23,894 nucleotides of DNA, taken from the NCBI GenBank assembly GCA_046726415.1, contig JBKPAK010000086.1, positions 1-23,894 on the forward strand, read 5' to 3'. Source of the DNA: Candidatus Methylomirabilota bacterium (GTDB lineage: Bacteria > Methylomirabilota > Methylomirabilia > Rokubacteriales > CSP1-6). The translations under genes were made by a program, and so were the position numbers. Each line of letters begins with the position of its first letter. Within the stretch, counting starts at the first letter, position 1. This document shows, in pieces, positions 16,978 to 23,894 of the stretch. The notes under the pieces were generated by a model. The model made no database searches and was not told where the DNA came from. It saw only the letters and a program-made list of their open reading frames with translations.

Positions 16978-17841
16978 ATCCTCGTCGCCCAGGGGCTGAT
17001 CAGCGGGCTGCTCTTCGGCGGCGTCTACAGCCTCATGGCCGTGGGCCTGACGCTGATCTTCGGCGTCATGCGCGTGGTGAACTTCGCCCACGGCGACATG
17101 ATGGTGTGGGGCATGTACCTCGCGTGGTTGCTCGCCACGCGCCTGGGCATAGATCCCTACCTGTCCTTCGCGGTCTGCGCGCTCGCCCTATTCGTCCTCG
17201 GCCTCGCCGTCCAGCACGGGCTCGTCAATCGCATCATCGACGCCCCCCACGAGATGCAAATTCTCTTGATGCTGGGCGTGGCCCTCGTACTCGAGAACAC
17301 CGCGCTGTTGGTCTTCGGCCCCGAACCCCACCGCGTCCGCTCTGTCATCAGCGCGTCGGCGGTGTGGCTGGGCCCCCTCTTCATGGACGTGGCCCGCCTG
17401 GTCACCTTCGCGGTGGCCATCGCCCTCACCTTGCTGCTCTCCCTGTTCCTCTTCCACACGGATATCGGTCGGAGCATCCGCGCCGCGGCCGACAATCCCT
17501 ACGGGGCGCTCATCATCGGGACTGACGTGCGCCGCGTGTATGCCGTCGCCTTCGCCGTGGGCGCGGCGTGCGTGGGGGCGGCCGGAGCTCTGGTGGCGCC
17601 GATCCTGCCCTTCCAGCCCACCACCGGGCTCCAGCTCTCGGTCACGTCGTTCAACATCGTCATCATCGGTGGGATGGGCAGCCTGATCGGCGCCTTCGTG
17701 GGCGGGCTGCTCGTCTCCGTCGCCGAGTCGCTGGGGGCCGTGTTCCTGGCCCCGTCGATGAAAGAGCTGGTGAGCTTCTCCCTCCTCATCGTGGTGCTCC
17801 TCTTCCGGCCGGCGGGCCTGTTCGGCCGGGGCGCCCGATGA
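16978..17841 (+). CDS. livH: Branched-chain amino acid-type ABC transporter permease (LivH-like); start codon uncertain
   Basis: ILVAQGLISGLLFGGVYSLMAVGLTLIFGVMRVVNFAHGD, GRSIRAAADN, IIGGMGS, LFRPAGLFG. The ORF-track ATG (16906) lies inside repeat C; ATC 16978 is 7 nt after GGAGG. Confidence 0.9.
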   Translation: MLVAQGLISGLLFGGVYSLMAVGLTLIFGVMRVVNFAHGDMMVWGMYLAWLLATRLGIDPYLSFAVCALALFVLGLAVQHGLVNRIIDAPHEMQILLMLGVALVLENTALLVFGPEPHRVRSVISASAVWLGPLFMDVARLVTFAVAIALTLLLSLFLFHTDIGRSIRAAADNPYGALIIGTDVRRVYAVAFAVGAACVGAAGALVAPILPFQPTTGLQLSVTSFNIVIIGGMGSLIGAFVGGLLVSVAESLGAVFLAPSMKELVSFSLLIVVLLFRPAGLFGRGAR

Positions 17842-18788
17842 AGTGGGCGGCGCTGCTCGGCATCACCGTCCTGGTCGCGCTGCCGGCAATGCTCAGTTCG
17901 TATCTGCTCAGCGTGTTCATCTTCATCTTCTTCTATGCCTTTCTCGGCCAGGCCTGGAACATTGTGGGCGGATACGCGGGACAGCTCTCGGCCGGCCACG
18001 CGGCGTTCGTGGGGATCGGGGCCTACGTGTCGGCGATGCTCTCCCAAGGGGTGGGGCTGACACCGTGGATCGGCATGTTCGCGGGCGGCGCCCTGGCCGC
18101 CCTTCTCGGTGCCCTCATCGGCTATCTCGGCTTCCGCTTCGGCCTCCGCGGCTTCTACTTCGTCCTGCTCACCGTGGCCGTCGCGGAAATGTGCCGCATC
18201 GCCGTCGGCAATCTCGAGGTGACGGGCGGGGCCATCGGCTACTACATCAGCTTCACCGGCAATCCCTGGCAGTTCCAGTTCCGGGACAACCGGGCCCACT
18301 ACTACATCGCGTTGACCCTCATGCTGGTGGCCACCGGCGTGGCGTGGCTCATCGAGCGGCGCCGCCTCGGCGCGTACCTGGCGGCCATTCGCGAGGACGA
18401 AGAGGCCTCGGAGGCTCTCGGGGTGAACGCGTTCCGGCACAAGCTGACCGCCATGGTGATTTCGTCCTTCCTGACCGGCGTCGGCGGCACGTTTTACGCC
18501 TTCTATCTCCTGTCGCTCCAGCCCAACTCCGTCTTCGGCATTTCCCTCTCGGTCGACATCATCATCCGACCGATCGTGGGCGGCACGGGTACGCTACTCG
18601 GTCCCATCCTGGGCTCGTTCATTCTGAGTCCGCTCGCCGAGATGTCGCGCCACTACCTGGCCCAGGGGGGTTGGGCCGGCGCCCACCTCATCGCGTACGG
18701 GGTCCTCCTGATCCTCGTCGTCCTCTTCATTCCCCAGGGCGCCTATCCCTATCTGCGCGGTCTGGTGAGTGCGCGGTCCCGTGGCTGA
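17838..18788 (+). CDS. livM: Branched-chain amino acid-type ABC transporter permease (LivM-like)
   Basis: ATGA overlap start (MKWAALLG); AWNIVGGYAGQLSAGHAAFVGIGAY, LRGFYFVLLT, AIREDEEASEALG, IVGGTGTLLGP. Confidence 0.93.
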   Translation: MKWAALLGITVLVALPAMLSSYLLSVFIFIFFYAFLGQAWNIVGGYAGQLSAGHAAFVGIGAYVSAMLSQGVGLTPWIGMFAGGALAALLGALIGYLGFRFGLRGFYFVLLTVAVAEMCRIAVGNLEVTGGAIGYYISFTGNPWQFQFRDNRAHYYIALTLMLVATGVAWLIERRRLGAYLAAIREDEEASEALGVNAFRHKLTAMVISSFLTGVGGTFYAFYLLSLQPNSVFGISLSVDIIIRPIVGGTGTLLGPILGSFILSPLAEMSRHYLAQGGWAGAHLIAYGVLLILVVLFIPQGAYPYLRGLVSARSRG

Positions 18789-19536
18789 GGCGGCGCTGTT
18801 GCTCGAGGTCCACGGCCTCTCCAAGTGCTTCGGCGGCCTGCAAGCGGTACGGGGTCTCGCGTTCACGTTGCGCGAGGGCGAAATCGTCTCCCTCATCGGC
18901 CCGAACGGCGCCGGGAAGACCACGGTCTTTGGGCTGCTCTCAGGTTTCCACGTTCCTGACCGGGGGGAGATCCGTCTTCGCGGGCGGTCCCTCGTTGGCC
19001 TCAACCCGCACGCCATCTGTGCGCTGGGCCTGGCACGTACGTTCCAGATCGTGCGGCCGTTTCCCCACTTGAGCGTGCTCGCGAACGTCGAGGTCGGTGC
19101 GCTGGTCCGCGAGCCGCGGCGGCCCCACGCGCAGGCCCGCGCGTGCGCCGTCGTAGAGCAGGTGGGACTGGCCCCGAAGATGGAGCAGCCCGCGGGAAGC
19201 CTGACCCTGGCCGAGCGCAAGCGGCTCGAGCTGGCGCGCGCCCTCGCCACGACTCCGTCGCTGCTGCTCCTCGACGAAGTCATGGCCGGGCTGAATGCCG
19301 CGGAGACCGAGCGCATCGTTGAGCTGGTCCGCGACATCAACCGAAGTGGCGTCACCATCCTGCTCATCGAGCACGTGATGCGCGCGGTGATGAGCCTGTC
19401 CGGGCGGGTGATTGCCATCAACTACGGCGAGACCATCGCGGAGGGCCGGCCGGTCGAGGTGGCCAATGATCCGCGCGTGATCGAGGCCTATCTGGGCGAG
19501 CCGGGAGAGGCGAGTGTCGACGCTGCTCCGGCTTGA
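18781..19536 (+). CDS. livG: ABC transporter ATP-binding protein (LivG-like)
   Basis: GTG start (18781; alternative 18769); GPNGAGKTT, RTFQ, RKRLELARAL, LLDEVMAGLN, IEHVM, VIEAYLG. Confidence 0.93.
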   Translation: MAEAALLLEVHGLSKCFGGLQAVRGLAFTLREGEIVSLIGPNGAGKTTVFGLLSGFHVPDRGEIRLRGRSLVGLNPHAICALGLARTFQIVRPFPHLSVLANVEVGALVREPRRPHAQARACAVVEQVGLAPKMEQPAGSLTLAERKRLELARALATTPSLLLLDEVMAGLNAAETERIVELVRDINRSGVTILLIEHVMRAVMSLSGRVIAINYGETIAEGRPVEVANDPRVIEAYLGEPGEASVDAAPA

Positions 19537-20227
19537 GGCGCTCGAGCTGGCCTATGGCGACATGGTGGCGGTGCGCGACGTGTCGCTGGAGATCGCCTCC
19601 GGCGAATTCGTGGCTCTCGTCGGCTCCAACGGGGCCGGCAAAACGACGACGCTTCGTGCGGTCACGGGCCTGCTCCGGCCGCGCCGCGGCACGGTGGCGC
19701 TGGACGGGCAGCGCATCGACGGGCTCACGCCCGCGCAGATCGTGGGGCGTGGCATCGCCCATGTCCCCGAGGGCCGCCAGCTCTTTCCCACCATGACCGT
19801 GCGGGAGAACCTCGAGCTGGGTGCGCGCACCCGGGAGAGCCGGGCCCGGAGACCGGAAACCCTGCACCGCGTCTTCGGGCTCTTCCCGCGACTGGCCGAG
19901 CGGCAGGAGCAGCTCGCGGGAACCCTGTCGGGTGGCGAGCAGCAGATGTGCGCCGTCGGGCGCGGCCTCATGTCGGTCCCCCGCCTCCTGCTCCTGGACG
20001 AGCCGAGCCTCGGGCTGGCCCCGGTGATGGTGAAGCTCATCTTCGACAATCTCCGGCGGATCAACGCCGAGGGGACGACCATCCTCCTGGTGGAGCAGAA
20101 CGTGCGCAAGGCGCTGGAGCTGTCGACTCGCGCCTACGTCCTCGAAAACGGACGCGTCGCACTCAGCGGCTCTCGCGAATCGCTCCTGGCGAGCGAGGAC
20201 ATCAAGCAGGCCTACCTCGGGCTTTAG
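19514..20227 (+). CDS. livF: ABC transporter ATP-binding protein (LivF-like)
   Basis: GSNGAGKTT, HVPEGRQLF, LSGGEQQM, LLDEPSLGLAP, LVEQN, AYVLENGR, AYLGL*. Confidence 0.94.
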   Translation: MSTLLRLEALELAYGDMVAVRDVSLEIASGEFVALVGSNGAGKTTTLRAVTGLLRPRRGTVALDGQRIDGLTPAQIVGRGIAHVPEGRQLFPTMTVRENLELGARTRESRARRPETLHRVFGLFPRLAERQEQLAGTLSGGEQQMCAVGRGLMSVPRLLLLDEPSLGLAPVMVKLIFDNLRRINAEGTTILLVEQNVRKALELSTRAYVLENGRVALSGSRESLLASEDIKQAYLGL

Positions 20228-20589
20228 ACCGTTATGCGGTCGGTAACGAGAATTGTGGACTCGTTTCTGGTCATCAGGCGGCCTTGCTGGATCACGCCGT
20301 TGAGCAGAATCCGATCGAAGCACCGGTACCCGAACCGAATGCTACCTTGGTGATGCCCGTAGAACGCGTTCATGGCGCCCTCCCGCGTGGTGAGATACCG
20401 GGAGCGTACCGCCATGAACGTGTCTGCGGGCGCCCGCCGGCGACCGCCAGCGAGTGGCTTGGTTGCTGGCGTTCCCGATCACGCGAAGATCAACGACGGG
20501 GCGCAGCCCCGCGCGAGCGCAGCGAGCGACCTTCGTCGTCACCTCCATGCCCGCATCGACGGGATATCAAGGGTGAAGCCCTTGGCTAG
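20225..20589 (-). mobile_element. Putative internally deleted, non-autonomous mobile element (TAG-bounded, hairpin ends, no terminal inverted repeats)
   Basis: TAG at 20225-20227 and 20587-20589; hairpins at 20227-20241, 20445-20471, 20497-20511 and 20568-20584; contains an RBS-led truncated gene start fused to an out-of-frame KAA-stop. Family assignment is from recall, not a search. Confidence 0.6.
20274..20373 (-). pseudogene. Fused N-terminal 29 codons and apparent last codons of a mobile-element protein gene
   Basis: GGGAGG-N6-ATG, then MNAFYGHHQGSIRFGYRCFDRILLNGVIQ (20373-20287), followed after one base by AAG GCC GCC TGA TGA (KAA**) in another frame. Confidence 0.55.
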
Positions 20590-20696
20590 TCGGAGGGGAG
20601 TAACCCGCGGGCTGCTTTTCCGCAGCCTGGTGGTGGGTGCGCACTTCGCGCGTCTAGGGTACAGTCGCCTGACTGCGGCGACGCTGGAGGGCAGTC

Positions 20697-21782
20697 ATGA
20701 CGAGTCCGATCATCACCGAAGCCGTCCGGGCGCTGGTGGAGCGCCGTGACCTCACTCGCATCGAAGCCGCTGCCGCCATGGAGGCCATCATGTCCGGCGC
20801 GGCCACCAACGCCCAGATCGCGGCTTTCCTCACCGCGCTGCGCATGAAGGGCGAGACGGTGGAAGAACTCATCGGCTTTGCCCAGGTCATGCGCCAGAAA
20901 GTGGCCCGCGTGCGGACCCGTGGTGAGGAAGTGGCCGCGCTCACCGGCACCGACCGAGAGATGCTCATCGACACGTGCGGCACCGGCGGCGACGCCTCCG
21001 GCAGCTTCAACATATCGACGGCGACGGCCTTCGTGGTGGCCGGGGCAGAGCTCAAGGTCGCCAAGCATGGCAATCGCTCCATGTCCGGTCTGACCTCATC
21101 CTCGCTGTGCGGTTCCGCCGATGTCGTGGAGGCTCTGGGAGTCAACCTCGAGCTCACCCCGGCGCAGGTCGCCCAGTGCATCGACGAGGTGGGCATCGGG
21201 TTTCTCTACGCCCCGCTGCTGCACACCGCCATGAAGCACGTGATGGCGGCCCGCCGCGAGATAGGCGTCCGCACCGTCTTCAACCTGCTCGGCCCGCTCA
21301 CCAACCCGGCCGGCGCCAACGCCCAGGTGATCGGGGTAGCCGCGCCGGCGCTCACCGAAAAGCTGGCGCGCGTGCTGGCCGAGCTGGGGACGGTGCGCGC
21401 CTTCGTCGTCCACGGTGCCGATGGCTTGGACGAGATCTCCAACAGCGGGGAGAGCCGCGTGTCGGAAGTGCGGGAAGGGATGGTGCGCTCCTTCGCGGTC
21501 CGCCCCGAGGACTTCGGATTGCCGCGGGCGACCCTCGCGGACCTGCGCGGCGGCGATCGCGAGCAGAACGCGCAGATCGTTCGCGAGATCCTCGCCGGCG
21601 AGGCCGGGCCTCGACGCGATATCGTCCTCATGAACGCCACGGCCGCCCTGGTCGTGGGCGGCAAGGCCCGCGATCTGAAGGAGGGCGTGGGGCTTGCCGC
21701 GCAGTCGATCGACAGCGGTGCGGCTCGCGAGAAGCTGGACTCGCTCATCGACCTGAGCCGCCAGTTCGCCCCTCAGGCGTAG
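20697..21782 (+). CDS. trpD: Anthranilate phosphoribosyltransferase
   Basis: QIAAFLTALRMKGET, DTCGTGGD, FNIST, VAKHGNRS, GSADVVEALG, RTVFNLLGPLTNPA, VVHGADGLDEIS. Confidence 0.97.
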   Translation: MTSPIITEAVRALVERRDLTRIEAAAAMEAIMSGAATNAQIAAFLTALRMKGETVEELIGFAQVMRQKVARVRTRGEEVAALTGTDREMLIDTCGTGGDASGSFNISTATAFVVAGAELKVAKHGNRSMSGLTSSSLCGSADVVEALGVNLELTPAQVAQCIDEVGIGFLYAPLLHTAMKHVMAARREIGVRTVFNLLGPLTNPAGANAQVIGVAAPALTEKLARVLAELGTVRAFVVHGADGLDEISNSGESRVSEVREGMVRSFAVRPEDFGLPRATLADLRGGDREQNAQIVREILAGEAGPRRDIVLMNATAALVVGGKARDLKEGVGLAAQSIDSGAAREKLDSLIDLSRQFAPQA

Positions 21783-21797
21783 TCGGGCGGCGCCGTG

Positions 21798-21870
21798 CCA
21801 GTGTTTCGAAGGGCCCCGCGACCTCGACGGCCGGCCGCTTGCGGCGGAGCCTGAACCCGCACTACACTAG
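21798..21870. repeat. Candidate 73-bp MITE/REP-like element with short terminal inverted repeats
   Basis: CCAGTGT (21798-21804) versus ACACTAG (21864-21870), 6/7 inverted match; internal GCCGC-TT-GCGGC hairpin; single copy in the window. Confidence 0.35.
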
Positions 21871-21951
21871 AAGCCTCGCTGTGGCGCGCCAGATGGCGTG
21901 ACGTTCGCTTCTTCTCCGAGATCCCGCGCTTGCTGGCAACGCGACGGCGGA

Positions 21952-21965
21952 GTGTTCTAGAACAC
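21952..21965. promoter_or_regulatory. Palindromic operator candidate upstream of the GntR gene
   Basis: Perfect 14-bp palindrome GTGTTCTAGAACAC ending 17 nt before the GTG start. Confidence 0.6.
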
Positions 21966-21982
21966 CGACAGGGGAGTCGGCC

Positions 21983-22708
21983 GTGAACGGGCGGACGCCG
22001 CGATATCTCCAGATCGCTGACGCGCTTCGAGGGCGCATCCAGGGTGGTGATCTCTCGCCCGGCACCCGGCTCGAGACCCAACGCGCTCTGGCCCGCCGCT
22101 TCGACGTCACCCTGATGACGCTGCGCCAGGCCCTGGAGATGCTGGAGCGCGAACACCTCATCGAACGACGGCACGGGCTCGGCACCTTCGTGGCCGTTCC
22201 CTCGGTCGACTACGACATTCTGCAGCTTCGCCGGCTGGCCGGCGATCTCAGCGCGCAGGGGGAGAACGTCGCCACGCGCGTGCTCGGCGCGCGCTTCGTG
22301 GACTCCGGCCGCCGGGAGGCGGACGCCCTCCATCTGCCCCGCCGCGCGCGCCTCCTGGAGCTGACGCGGCTGCGCCTCGTCGATGGGCGCCCCATGAGTC
22401 TTCAGCGCTCGCTGCTGCCGGCCCACGTGGGCGAGGACGTGGCCAAGGCGGATCTCTCCGTGACGCCGTTGCACGAGGTTCTCGAGTTCAAGCTCGGGAT
22501 CGTCATCGTGCGCGCCACGGAAACCGTGTCAGCGGTCCGGCTGCCACGGCATGCCGCGCGCGAGCTGAACTGCCGTCCCGGGGTGCCCGCCTTCGAGTCG
22601 GAGCGCGTGTCCTACGGTCCGGGGGAGAAGGCTGTTGTCTTCGATCACGTGTTTATCCCTGGCGATCGGTTTCGCATAACCCGGGAGCTTCAGTATGACG
22701 AGCGGTGA
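21983..22708 (+). CDS. GntR family transcriptional regulator, HutC subfamily (UTRA domain)
   Basis: PRYLQIADALRGRIQGGDLSPGTRL..LARRFDVTLMTLRQAL..RRHGLGTFV wHTH; C-terminal RLRLVDGRPMSL..ATETVSA..ERVSY UTRA pattern; GGGGAG RBS. Confidence 0.93.
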   Translation: MNGRTPRYLQIADALRGRIQGGDLSPGTRLETQRALARRFDVTLMTLRQALEMLEREHLIERRHGLGTFVAVPSVDYDILQLRRLAGDLSAQGENVATRVLGARFVDSGRREADALHLPRRARLLELTRLRLVDGRPMSLQRSLLPAHVGEDVAKADLSVTPLHEVLEFKLGIVIVRATETVSAVRLPRHAARELNCRPGVPAFESERVSYGPGEKAVVFDHVFIPGDRFRITRELQYDER

Positions 22709-22783
22709 AATTCGTGGCGGTGCGAGCCGCAGTGGCGTCGCGGGGCAGGGGCCCCGCCGTCCCGAGGCGAGCGCTGAAATTTC
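22706..22783. repeat. Candidate REP-like structured intergenic element
   Basis: TGAAATT at both ends (22706-22712, 22775-22781) around a perfect hairpin GCGGGGC-AGGG-GCCCCGC (22740-22757); single copy in the window. Confidence 0.35.
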
Positions 22784-22801
22784 CTTAGAAGGAGCCCGTG
22801 C

Positions 22802-23581
22802 ATGAAGATCGTCGTTTGCATCAAGCAGGTTCCCGACACGGCGACGCAAGTCAAGATCGCTGGGGGCGGCAAGAGCATTGAGACCGCCGGCATCACCTGG
22901 ATCGTCTCGCCGTACGACGAGTTCGCTGTGGAGGAGGCGCTGCGCATCAAGGAGAAGCGCGGCCAGGGCGAAGTGGTGGCCATCTCCCTCGGTCCCGACC
23001 GCGCCAAAGAGGCGCTGCGCTCGTCGCTGGCCATGGGGGCGGACCGGGCCATCCACCTGAATGATCCCGCGTGGGGCGAAGCCGATACTCTCACCACCGC
23101 GCGCGCGCTCGCCGCCGCCATCAGGCACGAGGCCCCGGGCCTAGTGCTGTGCGGCCGCCAGGCCATCGACGACGATATGGGCGCGGTGATGGCGCAGCTC
23201 GCCGAGATCCTTGGCTGGCCCTGCGCCTCCTGGATCATGGAAGAAGCCGTGGATGCCGATGGCAAGACCATCCGGGTCGGGCGTCAGGTGGAGGGCGGGC
23301 TCGAGATCTTCGACCTGCCGCTGCCCGCGGTGGTGTCCGCCCAGAAGGGCCTGAACGAGCCGCGCTACCCGACACTGAAGGGCATCATGGGCGCCAAGAA
23401 GAAAGAGATCAAAGATCTCAAGGCCGGCGACCTCGGACTCGCCGTCGAGCCGCCCCAACTGAGCCTGATTGGTCTGGAGGCGCTGCCGCCGCGGGCGGCC
23501 GGGCGCATCATCCAGGGCGATGTCCCAACGGCCGTCAAGGAACTCGTGCGCTCGCTGCGCGAAGACGCCAAGGCAATCTGA
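22802..23581 (+). CDS. etfB: Electron transfer flavoprotein subunit beta
   Basis: MKIVVCIKQVPD, PYDEFAVEEALRIKE, LAMGADRAIH, LCGRQAIDDD, LNEPRYPTLKGIMGAKKK; AAGGAG RBS. Confidence 0.96.
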   Translation: MKIVVCIKQVPDTATQVKIAGGGKSIETAGITWIVSPYDEFAVEEALRIKEKRGQGEVVAISLGPDRAKEALRSSLAMGADRAIHLNDPAWGEADTLTTARALAAAIRHEAPGLVLCGRQAIDDDMGAVMAQLAEILGWPCASWIMEEAVDADGKTIRVGRQVEGGLEIFDLPLPAVVSAQKGLNEPRYPTLKGIMGAKKKEIKDLKAGDLGLAVEPPQLSLIGLEALPPRAAGRIIQGDVPTAVKELVRSLREDAKAI

Positions 23582-23597
23582 AGGGGGCCCGAAAGAC

Positions 23598-23894
23598 ATG
23601 GCTGGTGCGATCTGGTGCATCGTGGAAGACGATCGAAAGGGCGCCCCGAAGAAAGTCATGGCGGAGGTCCTGGGTGAGGCCGCTCGTCTGGGCCTCGGCC
23701 CGGTGGAAGCCCTGTGGCTGACCGACAAGGCGAGTGACGAAGGCCTGAAGCAGCTCGGCGAGTGGGGCGCCACTCGCATCGCGCTCCTCGAGAACGCGGT
23801 CCTCGCGCCGTACCGCGCGGAGGTGTGGGCCCCCGTCGTGGCCGAGCTCGCTGCCCAGGAATCGCCGAAGGCCATCCTGGCCCCCGTCACCAGC
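23598..23894 (+). CDS. etfA: Electron transfer flavoprotein subunit alpha (5' part; runs off the window end)
   Basis: Translated by hand: MAGAIWCIVEDDRKGAPKKVMAEVLGEAARL...LGEWGATRIALLENAVLAPYRAEVWAPVVAELAAQESPKAILAPVTS; open to the window end and 16 nt downstream of etfB. Confidence 0.85.
   Translation, partial: MAGAIWCIVEDDRKGAPKKVMAEVLGEAARLGLGPVEALWLTDKASDEGLKQLGEWGATRIALLENAVLAPYRAEVWAPVVAELAAQESPKAILAPVTS

Noticed and set aside
20372-20749. ORFs 19948..20589, 20372..20749 and 20342..20548 across the livF-trpD gap
   Set aside because: Low-complexity Arg/Ala/Pro-rich translations overlapping real genes or the structured element end; no family motifs.

Overview
GC-rich bacterial chromosomal window. 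The gene style (two liv-type ABC operons with Tat-exported binding proteins, hydantoinase, amidohydrolases, trpD-GntR-etfBA) suggests Ca. Rokubacteria/Methylomirabilota, which is an inference only. Gene order: partial hydantoinase/oxoprolinase (-); MDR-family oxidoreductase; LigB-type (class III) extradiol dioxygenase; a vapBC toxin-antitoxin pair with palindromic operators, flanked by two decayed 3' gene remnants; ABC operon 1 (-); frameshifted DUF4242 and C45 peptidase genes; an actinobacterial-type leuS; a metal-dependent amidohydrolase; ABC operon 2 (+); trpD; a HutC/UTRA GntR regulator; etfB; partial etfA. The most unusual signal is a ~365-bp element at 20225-20589. It starts at the livF stop codon, is bounded by TAG at both junctions, has subterminal hairpins and no terminal inverted repeats, and carries the fused start and apparent end of a larger gene. 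It looks like an internally deleted, non-autonomous copy of a poorly described mobile element. Several short GC-rich REP/MITE-like elements occupy the intergenic gaps. No rRNA, tRNA or CRISPR array was seen.
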